From Calditrichia bacterium (GTDB lineage: Bacteria > Calditrichota > Calditrichia > RBG-13-44-9), in the NCBI GenBank assembly GCA_037381445.1, contig JARRQT010000165.1, positions 676 through 11,611 of the forward strand: a stretch of 10,936 bases of DNA. Reading direction: 5' to 3'. Each line of letters begins with the position of its first letter. Position 1 is the first letter of the stretch. Positions 1-8,478 of this stretch are shown in pieces. Below the pieces are notes generated by a model. It had not been told where the DNA came from. It was given only the letters and a program-made list of their open reading frames with translations, and did no database searches. The position numbers and the translations under genes are program-made.

Positions 1-32
1 TTTGATTTTTTCCTGAGCGGATGGGTGCGGAC

Positions 33-611
33 TTACCGATTCACGACTGCGGTGCTCAGAAGGTTGGCGCTGATATCCACATTGATATTGTGGGCTTCAT
101 TCAGATTGACAATAAGCTTGAAGCCGCTATCCGATTTCTGGGTCCCCATGGCGACCAGCTGGTTGTTGATCAAATCGTTATCTGTGGAGAGTGTTATCAC
201 CTGATTATATTTGGCACTTTGCCGGATACTATTCATGAAGGATTTAAGTCCTGAGGTCATCCAGAAAGCATTGATCTTATTAATGATAATTTTTTTCTCC
301 AGGTTTGTGGAAGCATCCATGGGAACCTCGAGAACCTTCAACTTTTTATCATAAATTTTAATATTGTCATTATCTTTAAGGGCATTGGAAATAATTTCTT
401 TTTCGGTCTCGGATTTGGCAGAGTTCGCATCATACAAAACGGCGATCACGCAATTATCCCGGACTTTATCTTTAAGTGTTTTATTATAATTTAATGCTTT
501 GAGCAGAATGGGAACCGTCTCTTTCGACTCTTCCTTAAGATTCTGCCCAAAGACCAGGCTGGCGCTAAACAACATGACAAGAACAATGGATAATAATATC
601 CCCTTTTTCAT
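33..611 (-). CDS. YfiR/HmsC (DUF4154)-like secreted/periplasmic protein
   Basis: 192 aa ORF with an N-terminal signal peptide (MKKGILLSIVLVMLFSASLVFG) and GGAGG RBS (plus-strand CCTCC 619-623). The C-terminus LIVNLNEAHNINVDISANLL resembles the YfiR-family INLxxA..xGlxisskLL motif. Family call is by recognition only. Confidence 0.6.
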   Translation of the reverse strand: MKKGILLSIVLVMLFSASLVFGQNLKEESKETVPILLKALNYNKTLKDKVRDNCVIAVLYDANSAKSETEKEIISNALKDNDNIKIYDKKLKVLEVPMDASTNLEKKIIINKINAFWMTSGLKSFMNSIRQSAKYNQVITLSTDNDLINNQLVAMGTQKSDSGFKLIVNLNEAHNINVDISANLLSTAVVNR

Positions 612-983
612 GACTAATCCTCCGCATAAAATAGATGAAATTAATTTGAACTATCTAATTTCCAAATTTTCAAAGCTATTCATGGTGGCCATTCCGGTCC
701 TGCACCAGTTTGATAAATTATCGTCGAATATTTTAAAAAATTGAGTCCTTTTTCCTGCTTTTCGAGCCGTCACACCCAAATCAGCTTAATATCGATATAT
801 TTATTCAGATTTACTTTAATACCCTGTTTTTTATGAAGTCAATTATAATAATAAAACAAATAGGAGGCAAGCTGGAAATGGCCCGAACTCAAATTATTTG
901 TTTCACTAAATTCCTGTTAATATGAATCTTCTGTTAAAGGATTTGTGTCAGCAGGCCATTTTACTTGTATTGTCACTTTGCGC

Positions 984-1014
984 TTGTTTTCAAAATCCGT
1001 ATTGTTTATATTTG
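984..1014 (+). promoter_or_regulatory. Putative housekeeping-sigma promoter for tRNA-Val
   Basis: TTGTTT (984-989), 17 nt spacer, TATATT (1007-1012), ending 12 nt before the tRNA. TATATTTG (1007-1014) also fits the Bacteroidota-type TAnnTTTG element. Confidence 0.5.
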
Positions 1015-1024
1015 CGACGGTTCA

Positions 1025-1098
1025 GGGCGGTTAGCTCAGTTGGCTAGAGCGCTGCGCTCACATCGCAGAGGTCACAGGTTCAAATCCTGTACCGCCCA
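1025..1098 (+). tRNA. tRNA-Val (anticodon CAC)
   Basis: Full cloverleaf: acceptor GGGCGGT/ACCGCCC, D arm GCTC/GAGC, anticodon stem CTGCG/CGCAG with loop CTCACAT (CAC at 1059-1061), T arm ACAGG-TTCAAAT-CCTGT, discriminator A1098. The 3' CCA is not encoded. Confidence 0.97.
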
Positions 1099-1104
1099 CT
1101 CAAA

Positions 1105-1115
1105 TGTGGTAAAAT
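1105..1115 (+). promoter_or_regulatory. Possible extended -10 promoter for the pyr leader
   Basis: TGTG-G-TAAAAT matches TRTG-n-TATAAT. The predicted start (~1121) falls at the 5' base of the PyrR stem-loop. No convincing -35. Confidence 0.4.
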
Positions 1116-1120
1116 AAGGC

Positions 1121-1153
1121 ACCTTTAAATCTGCCCTGTGAGGTAGCAAAGGT
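1121..1153 (+). promoter_or_regulatory. PyrR-binding RNA stem-loop (anti-antiterminator)
   Basis: ACCTTT-AAAT-CTGCC-CTGTGA-GGTAG-C-AAAGGT: lower stem ACCTTT/AAAGGT with the CUUUAA motif, and upper stem CTGCC/GGTAG closing a CNGNGA hexaloop. This is the established PyrR site architecture, directly upstream of pyrR. Confidence 0.88.
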
Positions 1154-1194
1154 TATGATGAAAGCAAGAATACAAATTTTAGAGTCAAGTTGAA

Positions 1195-1798
<604 letters not shown>

Positions 1799-1814
1799 AA
1801 TAATCGGAGTCATT

Positions 1815-2747
1815 ATGACATTTCAGAGCGAACATCTATTGGGTTTGGATGACACCTCGGCAGAGGACATCGTGACCATTCTGGATACTGCCCGCTCCTT
1901 CCGCGAGGTGCTGGACAGGCCCATAAAACGGCTGCCCACCCTGCAGGGCAAAACAGTAGTTAATCTCTTTTATGAACCGTCCACCCGAACGCGGATCTCT
2001 TTTGAACTTGCCGAAAAAAGGCTCTCCGCGGACATTGTCAATTTCTCGGCATCAACCAGTTCAGTAAAAAAAGGTGAAACACTGATTGATACGGTAAAGA
2101 ATATTGAGGCGATGAAAATAGATATGGTTGTGGTGCGGCATATTTCACCCGGTGCTCCCCACCTGCTGGCCAGGGTGCTGGATGCCAATATTGTGAATGC
2201 CGGGGACGGCGGACATGAGCATCCCACGCAGGCCCTGCTGGACATGTTTACCATGCGTCAAAAACTGGGGAGTATTGAGGGAAAGACAGTGGCACTGGTG
2301 GGAGATATTTCCCACTCCCGGGTGGCGATGTCGAACATTTACGGGCTGAAGAAACTGGGGGCGCGCGTGCTGGTCTGTGGACCTTCGACACTTATCCCCC
2401 GTGAAATTGAAAAACTGGGCGTAGAAGTCTATCACAATATCGATGAGATCATCCCCCAAGTGGACGTATTGAATATCCTGCGTCTCCAGCTGGAGCGGCA
2501 ACGGCAGGGGCTTTTTCCCTCTTTGCGCGAATACCACAATTATTTCGGGATTACCCGGGAGCGCTTGGAAGATGCCACCCGCCCGATTCTCATCATGCAT
2601 CCCGGACCGATGAACCGCGGGATCGAGATTTCAAGCAGTGTTGCGGACAGTGAACATTCAGTCATTTTGGAGCAAGTAACCAACGGTGTTGCAGTGCGCA
2701 TGGCAGTTTTATATTTACTGGCAGGAGGTCGAAGTGAAATTAACTAA
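1815..2747 (+). CDS. pyrB: Aspartate carbamoyltransferase catalytic subunit
   Basis: Motifs FYEPSTRTRISFE, SSVKKGETLIDT, NAGDGGHEHPTQALLD, GDISHSRVA, RLQLER and MHPGPMNRG. Confidence 0.98.
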   Translation: MTFQSEHLLGLDDTSAEDIVTILDTARSFREVLDRPIKRLPTLQGKTVVNLFYEPSTRTRISFELAEKRLSADIVNFSASTSSVKKGETLIDTVKNIEAMKIDMVVVRHISPGAPHLLARVLDANIVNAGDGGHEHPTQALLDMFTMRQKLGSIEGKTVALVGDISHSRVAMSNIYGLKKLGARVLVCGPSTLIPREIEKLGVEVYHNIDEIIPQVDVLNILRLQLERQRQGLFPSLREYHNYFGITRERLEDATRPILIMHPGPMNRGIEISSSVADSEHSVILEQVTNGVAVRMAVLYLLAGGRSEIN

Positions 2748-4065
2748 AAATGTTATCATCACCGGCAAAGCATATGAAAAACTTCCCGCGAAAATCCTGT
2801 TGAAAAATGGACGGATCATCGATGTGGAAGGCAAGATAAACGAACAAAGGGATATTGTCATAGAGGCAGGAAAAATATCGGAAGTCGGAAAGGTTGATTC
2901 AAACAACTTTTCCGGGCAGGTGCTGGATCTGGAGGGCAAAATCATCACACCTGGGTGGATGGATATGCATGTGCACCTGAGAGAACCGGGCAGCGAAGGC
3001 AAGGAAACTATCGCTTCAGGCAGTCTGGCGGCGGCCAACGGTGGATTCACCGCCGTGTGCTGCATGCCGAACACTAATCCCGCGATTGACAGCCAGGAAA
3101 TCATACAATATATAAAGGATCGCTCCAAAGGGACACTGGTGAATGTTTATCCAATCGGTGCTATCACCAAGAAGAGAGAGGGCAAGGAGTTAACCGAAAT
3201 TCTGGAATTGGTGGAACAGGGAGCCGTGGCCATATCCGATGACGGGAATCCGGTGATGAGCGCCGAACTGATGCGCCGCGCGCTCGAATACAGCAAAATG
3301 GTGGATATCCCGGTTATCGGTCATGAGGAAGATAGCACGATGACTGAAGACGGAGATATGCATGAAGGATTTGTCTCGACTTGCCTGGGGCTGCATGGCA
3401 TCCCCGCGGTTGCCGAAGAGATAATGATTTCCCGGGACATAAAGCTGGCTGAATATACCGGGGCACGCTTTCATGTGGCGCATATTTCCACCCGGAACTC
3501 GGTGGAATTGGTACGCCAGGCAAAAGCCAGAGGCATTCACGTGACCGCCGAAGCTACACCGCATCATTTTACACTGACCGATGAAGCGGTCCGTGGATTT
3601 GACACCAACACCAAGATGAATCCGCCCCTGCGGACGGAAGAAGACCGGCAGGCGATTCTGGAAGGATTGCGGGACGGGACCATCGATGTGGTTGTTACGG
3701 ATCATGCTCCCCATGCTTTTGAGGAAAAAGAAGCCGAGTATATTTTTGCGCCGTTTGGAATCATCGGTTTGGAGACCGCCCTGGGATTGGCGATCTCCCA
3801 GTTAGTGGATAAAGGTGTCATCGATTTTGAGCATTTGGTGGGATTGCTGGCGGTTCAGCCTTACCGAATCCTAAATCTTCCGGTGCCTGTCATTAAGAAG
3901 GGCGTTATGGCCAATCTGACAATATTCAGCCCTGAAGAGGTATGGACTGTCAATAAGGACAAGTTTTTGTCGAAAAGCAGCAATTCTCCGTTCGTAGGAT
4001 GGAAGCTCAAGGGCAAACCGTTTGCAGTAATCAATAACAACCAGATATTTGCATCGAACCTTTAA
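2734..4065 (+). CDS. pyrC: Dihydroorotase (long, type I)
   Basis: Metal-ligand motifs DMHVHLREPG, CCMPNTNP, HVAHIST, KMNPPLR and TDHAPH are intact. Start placed at GTG 2734 (in frame, AGGAGG RBS upstream, 14 nt overlap with pyrB) rather than the ORF-track start 2686. Confidence 0.95.
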   Translation: MKLTKNVIITGKAYEKLPAKILLKNGRIIDVEGKINEQRDIVIEAGKISEVGKVDSNNFSGQVLDLEGKIITPGWMDMHVHLREPGSEGKETIASGSLAAANGGFTAVCCMPNTNPAIDSQEIIQYIKDRSKGTLVNVYPIGAITKKREGKELTEILELVEQGAVAISDDGNPVMSAELMRRALEYSKMVDIPVIGHEEDSTMTEDGDMHEGFVSTCLGLHGIPAVAEEIMISRDIKLAEYTGARFHVAHISTRNSVELVRQAKARGIHVTAEATPHHFTLTDEAVRGFDTNTKMNPPLRTEEDRQAILEGLRDGTIDVVVTDHAPHAFEEKEAEYIFAPFGIIGLETALGLAISQLVDKGVIDFEHLVGLLAVQPYRILNLPVPVIKKGVMANLTIFSPEEVWTVNKDKFLSKSSNSPFVGWKLKGKPFAVINNNQIFASNL

Positions 4066-4380
4066 AGAATGGGGGGAGTGAAGCCAGGGAGGGCGATGAT
4101 CTCCTTCAAATTTGAATCTGCCTGAACCGAATTCCTGCGTTCTCTTTTGTGCCCGCCGGACCCTGTTTTCCCGATAAAAATACCGGAATGGATCGGCGAT
4201 ATTGGGTTTTGGGAAATCCTGTTTCTGCCATCCTGCCAAGATTTATTCTCCAAAAACTGTTAATTTGACATGATGTCATAATCCGGGCTAGCTGTGGCAG
4301 GGTTAGAAAAGTAGCGTCTGCGGAATCTTATTATTCATATCTCGTTTATTAATAATTAGATAGAATCCAAAAGTTGCTTC

Positions 4381-4395
4381 TGGCATCATTTTTGT
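4381..4395 (+). promoter_or_regulatory. Putative sigma54 (-24/-12) promoter of the chaperone cluster
   Basis: (C)TGGCATCATTTTTGT has exact TGGCA-N6-TTG spacing, with T instead of C at the -12 position. An IHF-like AATCCAAAAGTTG (4364-4376) lies just upstream. Confidence 0.5.
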
Positions 4396-4432
4396 AAAAA
4401 TAAAAATGAGCGAAAAAAAGAGGAGAGGAAAA

Positions 4433-4867
4433 ATGTTAGAAGATTATTTTCAAGGTCTGAATTTCAATGATTTTTATAAACTGCGTGACGGGGTAAACAG
4501 GCTGGTTTCTGATATTATGAGCGGACAGTACGCAAAAATGAATTATCCGCTGGTCGAACTGCTGGAAGAGGATGATAGATACATCCTGAACGTGGAAGTT
4601 TCCGGCGCAAAAAAGGAAGACCTGAAGGTCACCTACCATGAGAATGAGATCAATATCAAAGGAAAACGGCAGAAAGCGGAACTCTCTCAAAATGCCAAAT
4701 CTCTGCGGAATGAGTTATTCTACGGCGATTTCAGCCGGGATATCAAGATGCCGGCCGAAGCAGACGGCGACAACATTAATGCAGAGTATAAGGACGGCAT
4801 CCTGCATCTGGAAATATTGAAGAAAGAAGAAGCAAAAACGCAGCAGATCAACATTGATGTAAAATAA
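4433..4867 (+). CDS. Hsp20/alpha-crystallin small heat shock protein
   Basis: YPLVELLE...YGDFSRDIKMP...INAEYKDGILHLEI and a C-terminal IxI motif (INI). ATG 4433 follows AGGAGAGG, whereas the ORF-track ATG 4406 has no RBS. Confidence 0.92.
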   Translation: MLEDYFQGLNFNDFYKLRDGVNRLVSDIMSGQYAKMNYPLVELLEEDDRYILNVEVSGAKKEDLKVTYHENEINIKGKRQKAELSQNAKSLRNELFYGDFSRDIKMPAEADGDNINAEYKDGILHLEILKKEEAKTQQINIDVK

Positions 4868-4894
4868 CAATTGATATCAAAAGGAGGAAGTAAA

Positions 4895-5278
4895 ATGTAT
4901 TCGAATGTATACACCGATTTTCGGAACAGCAGCAAAGTTGGGGAAGAGAAGAATCTGGAGGTCAGAAAACCGGCAGTGGATATTATCGAAACCCAAAGTG
5001 CTATTGTGGTTCTGGCCGAGATGCCCGACATAAATAAGCAGAACCTGAGTGTCAATGTCAAAGATGGCATATTGAGCATAAAAGGAAAAAGAGAGAATGG
5101 TAAAATATATGGCCGGTATTTAATGCGCGAGACTTCTGAAGTTGCTTATGAACGGCATTTTGAACTGGAAGAGGATCTGGATACTGAAAAAATTTCAGCG
5201 GAATACGAGCATGGGATTTTGAAAGTGACCATCGGGAAAAAAGAAAAAGTTAAACCCAAAGTTATCAGTATTAATTGA
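4895..5278 (+). CDS. Hsp20/alpha-crystallin small heat shock protein (second copy)
   Basis: PAVDIIET...YERHFEL...ISAEYEHGILKVTI and a C-terminal IxI motif (ISI). ATG 4895 follows AAGGAGG. Confidence 0.92.
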   Translation: MYSNVYTDFRNSSKVGEEKNLEVRKPAVDIIETQSAIVVLAEMPDINKQNLSVNVKDGILSIKGKRENGKIYGRYLMRETSEVAYERHFELEEDLDTEKISAEYEHGILKVTIGKKEKVKPKVISIN

Positions 5279-5365
5279 CAGGATCTTAGTGTTGAATGTC
5301 TGCAGGAAATTTTTATACCGGCATTTCTTATTTTTTTGAGAGCTTTAAATAACAGGAGCTTAAAA

Positions 5366-5848
5366 ATGGCCAAATATTCATGGATTGACAAGGTGATTAC
5401 GGGATTGAGTGAGGGCGCGAAGAAGGACGGAAAGGCAAAGAAATTAATAGAATTGCTGATTGAGGACTATGAAAAGACCACCCATCTGGAAAGTCTGTTA
5501 CGGATGGAAAATCAGCATCTGGCATATCCTAATCTGCAAAAAGAAGTGGACAATGTGATTACCGCCAAAAAGCGTCATGCGGGCGTGTTGTCAAACATGA
5601 TCACTGAACTGGGAGGTGCGGTTCCGAATCTAGCGAAATCAGAAAACAATATCTTTCCTAAAGGCAATTTTCACGAAATACTGGAAGAGGAATCGGAACT
5701 GCATAATGTCATGGCAGACCATGTCAATTTGGCCGATGATTTTGGTTATTCTGAATTTGCGGAAAAGCTGCGCGATATTCGCTCCGAAGATTATGAACTT
5801 ATCGAGAAACTTGAAAGAACAATTATGCGTGTAAACGCTGAAATCTAA
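5366..5848 (+). CDS. Ferritin-like four-helix-bundle protein with degenerate metal site
   Basis: 160 aa from ATG 5366 (AGGAG RBS). RHAGVLSNMITELGGAVP matches the ferritin/bacterioferritin helix-B pattern H...L...I..LGG.P, and the sequence has four amphipathic helices. Confidence 0.65.
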   Translation: MAKYSWIDKVITGLSEGAKKDGKAKKLIELLIEDYEKTTHLESLLRMENQHLAYPNLQKEVDNVITAKKRHAGVLSNMITELGGAVPNLAKSENNIFPKGNFHEILEEESELHNVMADHVNLADDFGYSEFAEKLRDIRSEDYELIEKLERTIMRVNAEI

Positions 5849-5870
5849 TTTTTAAAGGAGGTTTTTTAAG

Positions 5871-7811
5871 ATGGCAAAGAAAGTAATTGGAATTGATTTG
5901 GGAACGACAAACTCTGTGGTGGCGGTAATGGAAGGCGGAGAACCTATGGTGATTCCGAATTCCGAAGGCGCACGGACGACTCCTTCGGTGGTCGGATTTA
6001 CTAAAACCGGTGAGACGCTTGTGGGAGCGCCTGCCAAAAGACAGATGATTACAAATCCGGAAAATACCGTTTATTCAATAAAACGCTTCATGGGAAGACG
6101 GGTCGAAGAGGTCCCGGAAGAAACGCGGATGGTTCCGTATAAGGTAAAAACAGGAACACATAATCTGGCCGTGACTGAAATCCGCGGCAAGGAATACACG
6201 CCGCAGGAAATATCCGCGATGATTCTGCAGAAAATGAAACAGACCGCAGAAGATTATCTCGGTGAAAAAGTCACGGATGCCGTGATTACCGTGCCCGCCT
6301 ATTTTAATGACAGCCAGCGCAAGGCCACCAAAGAGGCGGGTGAAATTGCGGGGCTGAATGTGCTGCGTATTATCAATGAGCCTACCGCCGCTTCATTGGC
6401 CTATGGGCTGGACAAAAAGAAGAATGAGAAGATCGCGGTATATGACCTGGGCGGCGGAACATATGATATTTCCATTCTGGAAATCGGCGACGGCGTTTTT
6501 GAAGTGAAATCAACAAATGGTGATACCCACTTGGGCGGCGATAATTTCGATCAGCGGGTGGTTGACTGGATCGCCGATGAATTCAAAAAGGAGCAGGGCA
6601 TCGATTTGCGCAAAGATCCCATGGCGCTCCAGCGGCTGCGTGAAGCTGCTGAAAAGGCAAAAATTGAGCTGAGCAGCACCCAGCAGACCGATATCAACCT
6701 GCCGTTTATTACTGCAGATGCCAATGGTCCGAAACATCTTCAGATGACCCTGACGCGCGCTAAATTTGAGTCGCTGGTGGATGATCAGCTGCAGAGAACA
6801 TTGGGTCCCATGCAGTCAGCCCTTAAAGATGCCGGGTTGAAGGCGGATGAAATAGATGAAATCATTATGGTTGGTGGTTCAACCCGTATCCCGAAAGTAC
6901 AGCAGATTGTGAAGGACTTTTTCAATAAAGAACCGCACAAGGGTATCAATCCTGACGAAGTGGTGGCAGTCGGTGCCGCAATTCAGGGCGGCGTTCTGGC
7001 CGGAGATGTGAAAGATGTGCTGCTGCTGGATGTTACCCCGCTTTCCCTGGGTATTGAAACACTGGGTGGGGTCACCACCAAACTGATTGAACGGAATACG
7101 ACCATCCCGACCCGCAAGAGCGAGATCTTCACCACTGCTGCAGATAATCAAACGTCGGTCGAGATTCACGTGCTGCAGGGTGAACGGGAATTTGCACGTG
7201 ACAACCGGACGCTGGGTCGTTTCATTCTGGATGGAATTCCCCCCGCACCCCGCGCGATTCCAAAAGTGGAAGTGACTTTCGATATTGATGCCAATGGTAT
7301 TCTTAATGTTTCGGCTAAGGATATGGCAACCGGAAAAGAACAGAGTATACGAATCGAGGCCAGTTCGGGATTGAGCGAGCAGGAAATTGACAAAATGGTT
7401 AACAATGCCAAAGAACATGCAGCCGATGATAAAAAACGGCGCGAGCTTATTGACGCTCGGAATTCCGGAGATCAGCTGATTTATCAGACGGAAAAGAATC
7501 TCAAAGAATATGGTGACAAAGTTGATGCGGACACCAAGGGCAAAATTGAAGCAGCGGTGGACAGATTAAAGGAAGCGCTAAAATCCGAAAATCTGCAGGA
7601 AATTAAGTCGGCGACAGACGCACTCAACCAGGTTTGGAGTGAAGCCTCTTCGGCCATGTATCAGCAATCCGGTGCAGAGGCCGGCGCGCAGCAAGGCGAT
7701 AATGGCGCTGGTGCCCAGGAATCTGCCGGATCCCAGGAAGGCGGGGAAAAGGTGGAAGAAGCTGATTATGAAGTCGTTGATGACGATAAGAAAGATAAAG
7801 ACAACAAATAA
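5871..7811 (+). CDS. dnaK: Chaperone DnaK (Hsp70)
   Basis: Motifs [50 protein letters not shown] and an acidic tail [18 protein letters not shown]. Confidence 0.99.
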   Translation: MAKKVIGIDLGTTNSVVAVMEGGEPMVIPNSEGARTTPSVVGFTKTGETLVGAPAKRQMITNPENTVYSIKRFMGRRVEEVPEETRMVPYKVKTGTHNLAVTEIRGKEYTPQEISAMILQKMKQTAEDYLGEKVTDAVITVPAYFNDSQRKATKEAGEIAGLNVLRIINEPTAASLAYGLDKKKNEKIAVYDLGGGTYDISILEIGDGVFEVKSTNGDTHLGGDNFDQRVVDWIADEFKKEQGIDLRKDPMALQRLREAAEKAKIELSSTQQTDINLPFITADANGPKHLQMTLTRAKFESLVDDQLQRTLGPMQSALKDAGLKADEIDEIIMVGGSTRIPKVQQIVKDFFNKEPHKGINPDEVVAVGAAIQGGVLAGDVKDVLLLDVTPLSLGIETLGGVTTKLIERNTTIPTRKSEIFTTAADNQTSVEIHVLQGEREFARDNRTLGRFILDGIPPAPRAIPKVEVTFDIDANGILNVSAKDMATGKEQSIRIEASSGLSEQEIDKMVNNAKEHAADDKKRRELIDARNSGDQLIYQTEKNLKEYGDKVDADTKGKIEAAVDRLKEALKSENLQEIKSATDALNQVWSEASSAMYQQSGAEAGAQQGDNGAGAQESAGSQEGGEKVEEADYEVVDDDKKDKDNK

Positions 7812-7822
7812 TAGCCTTATGT

Positions 7823-7863
7823 AAGGATGGATCCCTTAATGACCTTAGGGGATCTGTCCTTTT
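7823..7863 (+). terminator. Intrinsic terminator after dnaK
   Basis: 14-bp stem AAGGATGGATCCCT/AGGGATCTGTCCTT (two G-U pairs) with a 10 nt loop, running into a T5 tract. Confidence 0.75.
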
Positions 7864-7877
7864 GATAGATTAATAAT

Positions 7878-7906
7878 TTCGCTCTGTAAAATGCATAGAA
7901 TATAAT
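7878..7906 (+). promoter_or_regulatory. Possible internal sigma70-type promoter for grpE and the J-protein gene
   Basis: TTCGCT (7878-7883), 17 nt spacer, perfect TATAAT (7901-7906), downstream of the dnaK terminator. The -35 is weak. Confidence 0.3.
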
Positions 7907-7953
7907 TAAGCGTTGTATTCAGGTACATATGGACGCAGGAGGTATATTCCCTG

Positions 7954-8444
7954 ATGAACGAGAATCACAAGAATAGTCATAAAAAAGATAAAGACATCCA
8001 CGTTGATTTTATAGAAGATGAAAGCCGCAGAAATGAGGAGCCTGCCGAGCAGACATTGTCCGATAAGCAGGCTGAATTGGAGGGTGAGGATAAGACGGAG
8101 GAACTAACGAAGTGATTAAAAAAATTCTGCCTGTTTTGGATGATTTCAAGCATATGCTCGAGAAATCCGGTGAAAATGCCGGCGAAGATTCGGTGTTGGA
8201 CGGTGCCAGGATGATATACGATAAACTGAATAAAATACTTGAGGCTGAGGGATTGTCGGTTATTGATGCGCTGGGACAGGAATTTGATCCTCAGATTCAT
8301 GAAGCAATGATGATTCAAAAAACTGCGGAAAAGCAAAATCATAATAAGATTATCGGTGTCTTCCAGGAAGGATATAAAATAAAGGATCGCCTGTTACGGC
8401 CGACCAAGGTGGTGGTGGGCAACTATGATGGTGAGGAAAAGTAA
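7954..8444 (+). pseudogene. grpE: Nucleotide exchange factor GrpE, disrupted by an internal deletion with frameshift (fragments 7954-8115 and 8112-8444)
   Basis: ATG 7954 (AGGAGG RBS) gives a 53 aa acidic GrpE-like N-terminus (MNENHK...EELTK*). The -1 frame from GTG 8112 encodes the GrpE C-terminal half (ILPVLDDF, GQEFDPQIHEAM, VFQEGYKIKDRLLRPTKVVV). The conserved RxxAEFxNxxKR helix is absent. Confidence 0.85.
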
Positions 8445-8478
8445 GTCGCTTTGAAAAATCTTCATAAAAGATCTATTT

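Noticed and set aside
1080..1120. tRNA-targeted genomic island or att site
   Set aside because: No integrase and no duplicated tRNA 3' end noticed. Housekeeping pyr genes follow immediately.
4066..4432. CIRCE, HAIR or CtsR operators and a sigma70 promoter at TTGACA 4265-4270
   Set aside because: No TTAGCACTC-N9-GAGTGCTAA, CTTGAGT-N7-ACTCAAG or GGTCAAA repeats seen. TTGACA has no credible -10 at 16-18 nt and is better explained as half of the TGACA-N3-TGTCA palindrome.
5275..5305. Internal promoter at TTGACA overlapping the second hsp20 stop codon
   Set aside because: No -10-like hexamer at 16-18 nt spacing.
6510..7418. Antisense and alternate-frame ORFs within dnaK (6510-6737, 6879-7418, 7087-7275, 7166-7411)
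   Set aside because: Shadows of a highly conserved gene. Long antisense ORFs opposite dnaK are a familiar codon-bias effect, and no recognisable motifs are present.
8095..8115. Programmed -1 frameshift restoring GrpE
   Set aside because: No slippery heptamer before the stop, and a frameshift would still not supply the missing conserved helix.
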